DNA of 64,000 nucleotides, taken from assembly GCF_902713615.1 (NCBI RefSeq), contig NC_052160.1, positions 137,372,737-137,436,736 of the forward strand, in the 5' to 3' direction. Shown here piece after piece: positions 1-11,346 of this stretch. The notes beneath the pieces are model-generated. The model saw only the letters and a list, made by a program, of their open reading frames with translations. It ran no database searches and was not told the DNA's origin. This stretch comes from Scyliorhinus canicula. Its lineage: Eukaryota. Each line of letters opens with the position of its first letter. The stretch's first letter is position 1. Made by a program: the position numbers and the translations under genes.

Positions 1-302
1 CTGCACCGGCTCTTGGAAAGAGCACCCTACCCAAGGTCAATACCTCCACCCTATCCCCATAACCCAGTAACCCCACCCAACACTAAGGGCAATTTTGGAC
101 ACTAAGGTCAATTTATCATGGCCAATCCACCTTTCCTGCACATTTTTGGACTGTGGGAGGAAACCGGAGCACCCGGAGGAAACCCACGCACACACGGGGA
201 GGATGTGCAGACTCCGCGCAGACAGTGACCCAAGCCGGAATCGAACCTGGGACCCTGGAGCTGTGAAGCGATTGTGGTATCCACAATGCTACCGTGCTGC
301 CC
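1..302 (-). mobile_element. HE1-like tRNA-derived shark SINE
   Basis: Reverse complement begins GGGCAGCACGGTAGC, with A/B-box-like head (GGTTCGATTCC). The same sequence recurs more than 10 times in the window. Confidence 0.85.
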
Positions 303-348
303 TTGGTGGAGGGGTGGTGTGGAAGTGGCGGTGTTAGGGTGGGGAGGC

Positions 349-692
349 GGTGGGTGGTGTGGGGGTGGTGGGTGGTGTGGGGGTGGTGGGTGGTGAGGGG
401 GCGGTGGGTGGTGTGGGGGTGGTGGGTGGTGTGGGGGCGGTGGGTGGTGTGGGGGTGGTGGGTGGTGTGGGGGCGGTGGGTGGTGTGGGGGCGGTGGGTG
501 GTGTGGGGGCGGTGGGTGGTGTGGGGGCGGTGGGTGGTGTGGGGGTGGTGGGTGGTGTGGGGATGGTGGGTGGTGTGGAGGAGGTGGGTGGTGTGGGGGC
601 GGGGGGTGGTGTGGCGGCGGGGGGTGGTGTGGGGGCGGTGGGTGGTGTGGGGGTGGTGGGTGGTGTGGGGGCGGTGGGTGGTGTGGGGGCGG
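349..692. repeat. G-rich 18-bp minisatellite (GGTGGGTGGTGTGGGGGY), about 19 units
   Basis: Directly visible. The overlapping ORF 350..760 repeats a 6-aa unit (VGGVGA/V) 19 times. Confidence 0.95.
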
Positions 693-1577
693 AGGAGTGG
701 AGGAGTGGACCAGGGTGTCATGAAGGGAGCAGTCCCTGCAGAATGCTAACAGAATGCTAACAGGGTGGATAACAAAAAGATGTTTTCCATGGTGGCATCA
801 TGCTGGAGTTGGGATAAATGGCGGAGGATGATCCTCTCAATGCAAAAGCCGGTGGGGTAGAAAGTGAGACCCGATCATGCCTCTGGGAGGAATGTGAAAG
901 GCGAAGGACAAATGTGTGGGAGGAGGGTCGAAATCGGTTGAATTACCCTTCAACCACAAGGAGGGGAAAACTCGGTTAAGAAAAAAGGCAAACATTTCAG
1001 CAGCGCCATACCAGCAGGGCGGCATGGTAGCACAGTGGTTAGCACTGTCGCTTCACAGCTCCAGGGTCACAGGCTCGATTCCGGCTTTGGTCACTGTCTG
1101 TGTGGAGTCTGCATGTTCTCCCTGTGTCTGCGTGGGTTCCCGCCGGGAGTTCCGGTTTCTTCCCACAGTTCAAAGATGCCCAGGTTCGGTGGATTGCTGT
1201 GCTAAATTGTTCTTAGAGTCCAAAGGGGTTGGGTGGGGTTGCTGGTTTACAGTAATAGGGCGGGGGTGTGGGCTTAAGTCGGGTGCTCTTTCCAAGGGCC
1301 TGTGCAGACTCGATGGGCCGAATTCTGTGTCTACGTCTATCAGAAAAGATACAATACAGCTGGAGAAACTGGGAGAATGGGTACCCATAGCCACACCTTT
1401 ATTTTCAGAAAGTGAGACAAGTTAAAGAAGAACATTTTGAGTGACAGAACAAGTTCAACTAGACGGAGGAGAGTGGTGGTGGTTGGGGTTTGTCCAGGTC
1501 TCTGCTGAAGGAAGAAGTGATGACCCCTTAGACCCTCCTGGTGGTGGATGGAGGTGTAGAGGGATTGGACAACCCTT
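693..1577 (-). mobile_element. Penelope-like retroelement remnant, copy A left part (interrupted by a SINE at 1018-1325 and by CR1 at 1578)
   Basis: Minus-strand translations give Penelope-type peptides (GVAMGT; AFCRDCSLHDTLVHS in the duplicate). Near-identical to 13720-14590. Confidence 0.7.
1018..1325 (+). mobile_element. HE1-like SINE (older, diverged)
   Basis: GGGCGGCATGGTAGCACAGTGGTTAGCAC head. Duplicated at 14031-14338. Confidence 0.8.
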
Positions 1578-1671
1578 AGAGATAGAGATAGAGATAGAGA
1601 TAGAGAAATACAGCACAGAACAGGCCCTTCGGCCCACGATGTTGCGCCGAACTTTTGTCCTAGGTTAATCA

Positions 1672-1878
1672 TAGAATTTTGGACAATTTTTCATGGCCAA
1701 TCCACCCAACCTGCACATCTTTGGACTGTGGGAGGAAACCGGAGCACCCGGAGGAAACCCACGCAGTCACGGGGAGGACGTGCAGACTCCACACAGACAG
1801 TGACCCAAGTCGAAATCGAACTTGGGACCCTGGAGCTGTGAAGCAATTGTGCTTTCCACAATGCTACCGTGCTGCCCT
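1672..1878 (-). mobile_element. HE1-like SINE head embedded in the CR1 #1 3'UTR
   Basis: Standard SINE head in the same orientation as the LINE, between the ORF2 stop and the LINE 3' tail. Confidence 0.8.
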
Positions 1879-1910
1879 TAAGAAGTTAACCTACACTCCA
1901 TTATTCTACC

Positions 1911-3887
1911 CTAATCCAAGTACTTATCCAATAGCCGCTTGAAGGTCCCTAACTTTTCCGACTCAACTACTACCACAGGCAGTGCATTCCATGCCCCCAC
2001 TACTCTCTGGGTAAAGAACCTACCTCTGACATCCCCTCTATATCTTCCACCATTTATCTTAAATTTATGTCCCCTTGTAATGGTGTGTTCCACCCGGGGA
2101 AAAAGTCTCTGACTGTCTACTCTATCTATTCCCCTGATCATCTTATAAACCTCTATCAAGTTGCCCCTCATCCTTCTCCGTTCTAATGAGAAAAGGCCTA
2201 GCACCCTCAACCTTTCCTCGTATGACCTCCTCTCCATTCCAGGCAACATCCTGGTAAATCTCCTTTGCACCTTTTCCAAAGCTTCCACATCCTTCCTAAA
2301 CTGAGGTGACCAGAACTGCACACAGTACTCCAAATGTGGCCTGACCAAGGTTTTGTACAGCTGCATCATCACCTCACGGCTCTTAAATTCAATCCCTCTG
2401 CTAATGAACGCTAGCACACCATAGGCCTTCTTCACAGCTCTATCCACTTGAGTGGCAACTTTCAAAGAACTATGAACATAGACCCCAAGATCTCTCTGCT
2501 CCTCCACATTGCCAAGAACCCTACCATTAACCCTGTATTCCGCATTCAGATTTGTCCTTCCAAAATGGACAACCTCACACTTGTCAGGGTTAAACTCCAT
2601 CTGCCACTTCTCAGCCCAGCTCTGCATTCTATCTATGTCTCTTTGAAGCCGACAACAGCCCTCCTCACTATCCACAACTCCACCAATCTTCGTATCATCT
2701 GCAAATTTACTGACCCACCCTTCAACTCCCTCATCCAAGTCGTTAATGAAAATCACAAACAGCAGAGGAACCAGAACTGATCCCTGCGGTACACCACTGA
2801 TAACTGGGCTCCAGGCTGAATATTTGCCATCCACCACCACTCTCTGTCTTCTATCGGTTAGCCAGTTTGTTATCCAACTGGCCAAATTTCCCACTATCCC
2901 ATGCCTCCTTACTTTCTGCATAAGCCTACCATGGGGAACCTTATCAAATGCCTTACTAAAATCCATGTACACTACATCCACTGCTTTACCTTCATCCACA
3001 TGCTTGGTCACCTCCTCAAAGAATTCAATAAGACTTGTAAGGCAAGACCTACCCCTCACAAATCCGTGCTGACTATCCCTAATCAAGCAATGCCTTTCCA
3101 GATGCTCAGAAATCCTATCCCTCAGTACCCTTTCCATTACTTTGCCTACCACCGAAGTAAGACTAACTGGCCTGTAATTCCCAGGGTTATCCCTATTCCC
3201 TTTTTTGAACAGGGGCACGACATTCGCCACTCTCCAATCCTCTGGTACAACCCCTGTTGACAGCGAGGACGAAAAGATCATTGCCAACGGCTCTGCAATT
3301 TCATTTCTAGCTTCCCATAGAATCCTTGGATATATCCCGTCAGGCCCGGGGGACTTGTCTATCCTCAAGTTTTTCAAAACGCGCAACACATCTTCCTTCC
3401 TGACAAGTATCTCCTCAAGCTTATCAGTCTGCTTCACGCTGTCCTCTCCAACAATATGGCCCCTCTCGTTTGTAAATACTGAAGAAAAATACTTGTTCAA
3501 GACCTCTCCTATCTCTTCAGACTCAATACACAATCTCCCGCTACTGTCCTTAATCGGACCTACCCTTGATCTAGTCATTCTCATATTTCTCACATATGTG
3601 TAAAAGGCCTTGGGGTTTTCCTTGATCCTACCCGCCAAAGATTTTTCATGCCATCTCTTAGCTCTCCTAATCCCTTTCTTCAGTTCCCTCCTGGCTATCT
3701 TGTATCCCTCCAGCGCCCTGTCTGAACCTTGTTTCTTCAGCCTTACATAAGTCTCCTTCTTCCTCTTAACAAGACATTCAACCTCTCTTGTCAACCATGG
3801 TTCTCTCACTCGACCATCTCTTCCCTGCCTGACAGGGACATACATATCAAAGACACGCAGTACCTGTTCCTTGAACAAGTTCCACAT
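1911..3887 (-). pseudogene. CR1 #1 ORF2 reverse-transcriptase part (658 aa)
   Basis: RT motifs QHGF, DFSKAFDKVPH, GVPQGSVL and FADD. Cut off from the endonuclease by a frameshift near 3900. Confidence 0.92.
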
Positions 3888-3912
3888 TTCACTTGTGTCC
3901 TTCCCTGACAGC

Positions 3913-5066
3913 CTATGTTCCCAACTTCTGCATCAATTCCTGTCTGACAGCATTGTATTTACCCTTCCCCCAATTATAAACCTTGCCCTGTTGCTCGCAC
4001 CTATCCCTCTCCATTACTAAAGTGAAAGTCACAGAATTGTGGTCACTACCTCCAAAATGCTCCCCCACTAACAAATCTATCACCTGCCCTGGTTCATTAC
4101 CAAGTACTAAATCCAATATGGCCTCCCCTCTGGTCGGACAATCTACATACTGTGTTAGAAAAGCTTCCTGGACACACTGCACAAACACTACCCCATCCAA
4201 ACTATTTGATCTAAAGAGTTTCCACTCAATGTTTGGGAAGTTGAAGTCGCCTATGACTACTACCCTGTGACTTCTGCACCTTTCCAAAATCTGTTTCCCA
4301 ATCTGTTCCTCCACATCTCTGCTGCTATTGGGGGGCCTATAGAAAACTCCCAACAAGGTGACTGCTCCTTTCCTATTTCTAACTTCAACCCATATTACCT
4401 CAGTAGGCAGATCCCCCTCGAACTGCCTTTCTGCAGCTATTATACTGTCTCTAATTAACAATGCCACCCCCCTACCTCTTTTACCATCCTCCCTAATCTT
4501 GTTGAAACATCTATAACCAGGGACCTCCAACAACCTCACGGTAGTTAAGGGGCCTCACGGTAGCATGGTGGTTAGCATCAATGCTTCACAGCTCCAGGGT
4601 CCCAGGTTCGATTCCCGGCTGGGTCACTGTCTGTGTGGAGTCTGCACATCCTCCCCGTGTGTGCGTGGGTTTCCTCCGGGTACTCCGGTTTCCTCCCACA
4701 GTCCAAAGATGTGCGGGTTAGGTGGATTGGCCATGCTAAATTGCCCGTAGTGTAAGGTTAATGGGGGGAATTGTTGGGTTACGGGTATACGGGTTACGTG
4801 GGTTTAAGTAGGGTGATCATTGCTCGGCACAACATCGAGGGCCGAAGGGCCTGTTCTGTGCTGTACTGTTCTAATTCTAATTCTAACCATTTCTGCCCCT
4901 CTTCTATCCAAGTTTCCGTGATGGCCACCACATCGTAGTCCCAAGTACAGATCCATGCCTTAAGTTCACCCACCTTATTCCTGATGCTTCTTGCATTAAA
5001 GTATACACACTTCAACCCATCTCCTTGCCTGCAAGTACTCTCCTTTGTCATTGTTACCTTCCCCAC
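3913..5066 (-). pseudogene. CR1 #1 ORF2 APE endonuclease, split by a SINE
   Basis: YFNARS and ITETW (4794..5066), then YRPP, GDFN and SDHN (3913..4539). Confidence 0.88.
4536..4884 (+). mobile_element. HE1-like SINE inserted into CR1 #1 ORF2
   Basis: Full SINE with (TTCTAA)n tail. Flanked by AACC at 4532-4535 and 4885-4888 (probable TSD); the CR1 sequence rejoins when it is removed. Confidence 0.88.
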
Positions 5067-5149
5067 TGCATCACTACGTGCTTTGGCGTCCTGACTATCG
5101 TCTACCTTAGTTGCTGGACTACAGATCCGGTTCCCATTCCCCTGCCAAA

Positions 5150-6085
5150 TTAGTTTAAACCCTCCCGAAGAGTACTAGAAAACCTCCCCCCCAGGATATT
5201 GGTGCCCCTCTGGTTCAGATGCAACCCGTCCTGCTTGTACAGGTCCCACCTTCCCCAGAATGCGCTCCAATTATCCAAATACCTGAAGCCCTCCCTCCTA
5301 CACCATTCCTGCAGCCACGTGTTCAACTGCACTCTCTCCCTATTCCTAGCCTCGCTATCACGTGGCACCGGCAACAAACCAGAGATGACAACTCTGTCTG
5401 TCCTGGCCTTTAACTTCCAGCCTAACTCCCTAAACTTGTTTATTACCTCCACACCCTTTTTCCTACCTACATCGTTGGTACCAATGTGCACCACGACTTC
5501 TGGCTGCTCACCCTCCCCCTTCAGGATCCTGAAGACACGATCAGAGACATCCCTGGCCCTGGCACCCGGGAGGCAACATACCTTTCGGGAGTCTCGCTCG
5601 CGACCACAGAATCTCCTATCTATTCCCCTAACCATTGAATCTCCTATTACTATTGCTTTTCTATGCTCCCCCCTTCCCTTCTGATCCCCAGAGCCAGACT
5701 CAGTGCCAGAGACCTGGCCGCTGGGGCCTTCCCCCGGTAGGTCATCCCCCCCAACAGCATCCAAAACGGTATACTTGTTTTGAAGGGGAACGGCCACGAG
5801 GGATCCCTGCACTGTCTGCCTGTTAGCTTTCTTTCCCCTGACTGTAACCCAGCTACTCTTGTCCAGTACCTTTGGTGTGGCTACCTCCCTGTAACTCTTC
5901 TCTATGACCCCCTCTGCCTCCCGGATGATCCGAAGTTCATCCAGCTCCAGCTCCAGTACCTTAACACGGTCTCTGAGGAGCTGGAGTTGGGTGCACTTCC
6001 CGCAGGTATAGTCAGCGGGGACACCAGTGGTATCCCTCACCACCCACATCCTACAGGAGGAGCATGCAACTGCCCTAGCCTCCAT
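5150..6085 (-). CDS. CR1 ORF1p (zinc-finger-like N-terminus plus SGNH esterase), 311 aa
   Basis: CSSC...CGKC, GDSMVRG, VVHIGTND and DGLHLN motifs of CR1 esterase-type ORF1. Confidence 0.88.
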   Translation of the reverse strand: MEARAVACSSCRMWVVRDTTGVPADYTCGKCTQLQLLRDRVKVLELELDELRIIREAEGVIEKSYREVATPKVLDKSSWVTVRGKKANRQTVQGSLVAVPLQNKYTVLDAVGGDDLPGEGPSGQVSGTESGSGDQKGRGEHRKAIVIGDSMVRGIDRRFCGRERDSRKVCCLPGARARDVSDRVFRILKGEGEQPEVVVHIGTNDVGRKKGVEVINKFRELGWKLKARTDRVVISGLLPVPRDSEARNRERVQLNTWLQEWCRREGFRYLDNWSAFWGRWDLYKQDGLHLNQRGTNILGGRFSSTLREGLN

Positions 6086-6602
6086 CCCCTCTTACTTTAC
6101 AGAATTAGCTGCCCCTTGGACCAACTAGACCTCCGCCCTCCGACTCTACTTCCAGTCAGCTGTACTCTAAACTCCTGGCTCCCTTCACGCTCTTTGATAA
6201 ATATAGGAAATTAAATGACAGGAGCACCTTACTCCCTCCTCACCTAACTCCCTCAGTCACCAAACTCTCACTGTAGCACTCAAATGCCACAAGCTCAGCA
6301 CTCCAGTGCAAACAAAGTCTGCACTGTATCTAGCCCCTATTTATACTGTGACTCTAGCTTCTGAAAACTGGCCTAATGCAATTAACTAATTAACAAGCTC
6401 CAGCTGCAAGTAAGTCCAAGTAGAACCTTGTTTAAAGCTGATTCAAAATTCACCTTCTTATAGGCCAAACAGCAACTTTTAATTTAATTAACTAAATAAA
6501 AGAAATACTAGACTTTAAATAAAAATGAACCCTTATACTCCCTCAGTCACCAAACTCTCACTGTAGCACTCAAATGCCACAAGCTCAGCACTCTAGTGCA
6601 AA

Positions 6603-6970
6603 CCTTGTGAAGAGGAGTGGTTCAGACCGGGGAACTGGAAATTGTCGATGTGATGTAAGGAATCAGAGGAATCCCGAATGCAGGTGGGAAGAGGCTGGAC
6701 AAGGGGAGTGAGGATGGAGTCAGGATTGGAAGAAATGAGTTCCGTGGGGCAGGAAGAAGCTGATACAATGGGTCTACCAGGGCAGACCTGTTTGTGGATT
6801 TTGGGAAGGAGGTACAAGCGGGCTGTGCAGGGTTGGTCGCCTGTGAGATTGGAGGCTGTAGAGGGAAGATCTCCAGAGGAGACGAGGTCAATGTGAGTCC
6901 GAAAAACAATCACTTGATGTTTGGTGCTGGGGTCATGATCCAGGGGGAGGAAGGAGGAAGTGCCTGAGTT
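6603..6970 (-). mobile_element. Penelope-like remnant, copy A right part
   Basis: PCTARLYLLPKIHK...PGRPIVSASSCPTE RT-region peptide. Continues into 1577 when CR1 #1 is removed. Confidence 0.75.
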
Positions 6971-7191
6971 TCAGATTCCAGTATCCAAGAAAATACCCCA
7001 AATATTTCAAAAGTAAATCATTGGCTTTGGAATAGAACATAGAATACTTTGGAATATTCTGAGCCTGTGAAAAGTGTCTATATAAATTATTACTTTTATT
7101 GCAAACTGGGTGGAATTTAACTCATTAAAAATAAATCTGTTTGAATTAAGCAATTATTTCCTGATTGAATTCTGAAATGTTGTCTCCTCAG

Positions 7192-7503
7192 TTTCAGGTG
7201 CATTGTGGGCAAAGCCTACAGTAACGGGAATTGTGGGAAGAGCGATTGCGATAGATTGTCACTATGGTGCAGCGTACCAGAACCATGTGAAGTATTGGTG
7301 TCGCGGCTGGTCTCGCCGGTGTACTGTTATAGCAAAGACAAATTGGCAAAATGGAAGGTTTTCAATCACAGATGACAAGACACAAAGAATATTTGTTGTT
7401 ACGATGAAGGATCTTCGTTCAGGAGACACAGGATGGTACAGCTGTGGAATTGAACAGTCCAATCTTGATACAATGTTTTCCGTAAAGCTACAAATATCCG
7501 AAG
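7192..7503 (+). CDS. Exon: pIgR/CD300-like Ig V domain 1
   Basis: CTCAG acceptor and GAAG|GTACC donor, phase 1/1. Encodes VSGALWAKPTVTG..IDCHY..KYWCRGWSRRC..DTGWYSCG, with the extra C-C' cysteine pair typical of pIgR/CD300. Confidence 0.88.
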
Positions 7504-7572
7504 GTACCTTATTCTGAGTTATTTTCTTTGTTATTCTCGACTGAAATGTCTGGTCAATGGCCTGAATTTCAG

Positions 7573-7878
7573 ATGCATTATGGGCAGAAAGGAATGTGCA
7601 TGGAATTGTGGGAAGAGCGATCACAATAAATTGTCACTATCTTGCATGGTACAAGTCATATATTAAATATTGGTGTCACGGCACGACTCTCGTGTGTAAC
7701 GTTTTAGCAAAATCAAATTGGCAAAATGGAAGAATTTCAATCACGGTTAACAAGTCACAAACAACATTTGTTGTTACTATGGAGGATTTTCGCCCAGCAG
7801 ATGCAGGATGGTACAGCTGTGGTATTGAAACAGCAGTTCTCGATCCAATGTTTTCTGTGGAGCTTCAAACATCTTATG
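7573..7878 (+). CDS. Exon: pIgR/CD300-like Ig V domain 2
   Basis: TTTCAG acceptor and TATG|GTACA donor, phase 1/1. Encodes DALWAERNVHG..NCHY..KYWCHGTTLVC..DAGWYSCG. Confidence 0.85.
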
Positions 7879-9219
7879 GTACATTTCTCAGTTTTATTTT
7901 ATTACTTTCTATTGAAATGTCTGATCATTGTTTTCTCTGTGAGGAAACTTGGCTCCGATATCAGTGCAGGGTCTGGCAGATAGAGGGCAGCGGTCAGGGA
8001 AACTGGTTCTTGTTACACAAACCCAATTCATGTCATGGCCAACTTGTCACACTGCCAGGTGTTTGATTTCAGAAAGCAAGTTGTCAACAATGGTGTTAGT
8101 TCAGAGAATCATAGAAGTGTTACAGCACAAAAGGAGGCCATTCAGTCCATCTTGTCCCTGCTGGCCAAAGGACACCCAGGTGCCCTTTCTAATCCCACCA
8201 TGTTACGCCCCCGGTCTATAGCCCTGTATATTAGAGCATGTAATTGCATATCCAGGTACTTTTAAGAACAGCTTAGACTCTGCCTCCACCACCAACATGG
8301 GCAGCAAATTCCAGACACTCACTACTCTCTGCATTGTCATCAAATAGAATCAATCCACTGAATTTCACAGCTTCCATAGTCTTCCTGATATGTCGAGTGA
8401 CTCAAATAATCAATGCGACACTGAGGTCAGCCTAACAGAATTCAACTTTACAAAGGACATAGTGGGTGTGAGGGGAGGAAGGGCAGAGCTTGGCATGTGA
8501 GCATGACTGGGCCGTGGGTGTGGGTAATGGGCCATTGGGTTGATGATGGAATTGAGGGTAGTGGGAGACTGCGACGTGGCAGAAGGGGATGAGCAGAACC
8601 TTTTTAACTTGGCTTAACTTCAAACAAGTTGGTGAAAATCCAGTTTAATGTTCTTTTCATGGGGATTTTCTCAAGGGTCATTTTTTGAATTCCAGGTGCT
8701 CATTTTTCATTCTCATTAACTCCCTGATTAGGTGATGTTATTGCAATATTACAGTTTGCATTTATGAACTTTTTTTAGGGTTTCTTTCTTGTGTGCACAT
8801 AATTAAATCTTTTAATTTTAAATCTATAGAAAAGGTAATATTGCGAATTGATTATAAATAAATCTCCCATACTCCATATCGAACTGAAACTTCTGAACAT
8901 TTGGCACATGGGAATTGAATAGGAACAAGTCTCAACCGTGTCACCCTGGACGGTGGGGTTGGGAGGAGGTGGAAGTGAAGATGTTGGGCGGAATCTACCT
9001 GGCGCGTCCGAACAGGGACGTGATGAGGCCGCTCATGGGATTTACCCAGCTCGCCACACTTAGCGAGATCTAACGGGATCTCGCGAGACGTCATGATCTG
9101 GATCCCACCACAATGGGTGGGATCAGTATTTAGCATATCAGCACATTAGACTGAGGCAGCTAATCCTTCCTGGTCCGTGGTACCTTCACCGCCCACACAA
9201 ACCCAGTATTGTCTCATTC

Positions 9220-9770
9220 ACTCGACTAAAAATAGACTTGGGCATGAAAATCGGGAGTTTCTGAAACACAAACAAAAACTCCTGGAGCACCGGCCAGCCT
9301 TACCGTCTGGGCCCCCTCAATACCCCGCCACCCCCTCGAAGCCCTAAGTGTCAATGCCAACCGTTTAATCACTAGGGCACAGAGAAAAGGGGTGAGCGGA
9401 TAACCCTGCAACCCAAAATATTCCAAATTGAGATTATTGATCCGCACACTCCACACATTCAGACGCCTTCTCCACATCCATAGACATAACCACCTCCCCT
9501 ACCTGGTCCTTCGAGGGCATCATTACCTCATTCAATAATATCTGAACATTGGCCGATAGCTGCCACCCATTCACCAACCTCGTCTGGTCCGCCCTTATCA
9601 CTCCTGGCACACAATTCTCTATCCGCATTGCCAGCACCTTTAATTGGTTGGACATTGAAAATTGTAATGGACATATTAAAATAATTCTGCACAGTGTCAG
9701 GACCCAGAACTATCTTCCGTGTCCACTTCATATAACCTTGATCAAATAGCCATCCGTGGAGAGGTAGACA
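9220..9770 (-). mobile_element. L1/Tx1-clade ORF2 (RT) remnant
   Basis: Peptides RADQTRLVNGWQLSANV..MDVEKA and EYFGLQGYPLTPFLCALVI..ASRGWRG resemble degenerate L1 RT motifs. Homologous to 16990-18900. Confidence 0.7.
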
Positions 9771-10039
9771 TGACATTCCTATTTTTTTAATGAATGTTTT
9801 TTATTAGGTTTTTGAACAAAGTATGTTTACAGTTATGTGCACAGAATAAAATTTATATACATAGAAGAGAAGAAAACTAAAAAAAGAAAAAAAACGGGAA
9901 GGATATTGTGCACTAGCTCAACAACAGCAACACTATGCAGTTAGCAATATTATTTTTAACACATAAGTAGGCACCTGTTTGGTGGGGGGGGAAACTGGGG
10001 AGGTAGATATACATTTGGGTGCTGAAGAAACAATTACAG

Positions 10040-10850
10040 TAGTTATGTCCAATATAGAGTGGGCAATATGAGAATGGATCTGGTGTTGGTGTTGTTACTT
10101 GCTTCTCCCGGACGGTTTTCGCTGCCGTTGTCGTCTCGTGTTCACCTCCGCTTCGGCCGTTCGTCCCGTCTTTCTCCTGTATTGTCCTTGCTTTCTGTTC
10201 CTGTGTTTGCCAAGTTTGTTATCGTTTCCTGTGCTCTCCTTCCGGCTCCATTCCCTTGCCTCCCCCCCCCCCCCTCTGGTTCCCTCTATTGTTCCCTGGT
10301 TCCTCCCTCTTCCCCCCCCCCCCCCCCCCCCCCCCACTTCTGCCTCCCGTCTCCTGTGTTTGCCTTTCTTTTCTCTTAGGTTTAGCTGTCCCTCCCCCCC
10401 CTCCCCCACCCAATCTATCCCTCCCTCTCACGCTTTGGCTACTTTCCCCTGATTTTTGGCTACCTGGCTATTCTTCTGCTTGTTCGCTGGCCACAAACAG
10501 GTCCCGGAACAGTTGGGTGAATGGCTCCCACATTCTGTGGAAGCCGTCGTCTGACCCTTGGATGGCGAATTAGATTTTCTCCATTTGGAGAGATTCTGAG
10601 AGGTCGGACAGCCAGTCTGCAGCTCTGGGCGGTGCTGCTGACCGCCAACCGAACAGGATTCTACGGAGGGAGATCAGGGAGGCAAAGGCAAGGGTGTCCG
10701 CCCTCCTCCCCAGGAATAGATCTGGCTGGTCTGAAACCCCGAAGACCGCCACTATCGGGCATGGCTCCACCCTCACCCCCACCAATTTGGACATAGCCTC
10801 GAAGAAGGCTGTCCAGTACTCCACACGTCTGGGGCAAGACCAGAACATGT
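10040..10850 (-). mobile_element. L1-clade ORF2 C-terminus and 3'UTR remnant
   Basis: MFWSCP..WTAFFEAMSK..RRILFGWRS..EKI (ORF 10570..10848), followed by a G-rich 3'UTR. Confidence 0.75.
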
Positions 10851-11193
10851 GGGCAGCACGGTAGCATGGTGGTTAGCATAAATGCTTCACAGCTCCAGGG
10901 TCCCAGGTTCGATTCCCGGCTGGATCACTGTCTGTGCGGAGCCTGCACGTCCTCCCCGTGTGTGCGTGGGTTTCCTCCGGGTGCTCCGGTTTCCTCCCAT
11001 AGTCCAAAGATGTGCGGGTTAGGTGGATTGGCTATGCTAAATTGCCATTAGTGTCCAAAAAATAAGGTTAATGGGGGGGGGGGGGGTTACTGGTATAGGG
11101 TGGATACGTTGACTTGAGTAGGGTGATCATTGCTCGGCACAACATCGAGGGCCGAAGGGCCTGTTCTCTGCTGTACTGTTCTATGTTCTATGT
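10851..11193 (+). mobile_element. HE1-like SINE
   Basis: Full head and (TGTTCTA)n tail. Confidence 0.88.
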
Positions 11194-11346
11194 GGGCGTG
11201 ATTTGCCGGGCCTCCTTGGCACCATTCACAGACATGACATTCCTACATGGCTGACACTGGCCGAGATGCTGAAAGACAAAAATCATGATGAGTATTTGAT
11301 ATTGAGATGCTCAGTCAGTATCTGAATGTTTGTTTCTTTCCCACAG

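Larger units (their letters stand above)
1578..6602 (-). mobile_element. Near-full-length CR1 LINE #1 (ORF1 intact, ORF2 disrupted)
   Basis: (CTATCT)n 3' tail at 1578, RT and endonuclease ORFs, esterase ORF1 and a 5'UTR. Absent from the duplicate site at about 14590 (CAACCCTT^GTGAAGAGG). Confidence 0.92.

Noticed and set aside
95-760. His/Thr/Pro-, Trp/Val- and Gly/Val-rich ORFs
   Set aside because: These are translations of the 18-bp minisatellite and a SINE.
2448-3603. Plus-strand ORFs over CR1 (also 23479-26382 and 32233-33396)
   Set aside because: Antisense frames of LINE ORF2.
4550-4640. tRNA genes at SINE heads
   Set aside because: They have A/B-box-like motifs but run into a SINE body and LINE-type tail, with no complete cloverleaf.
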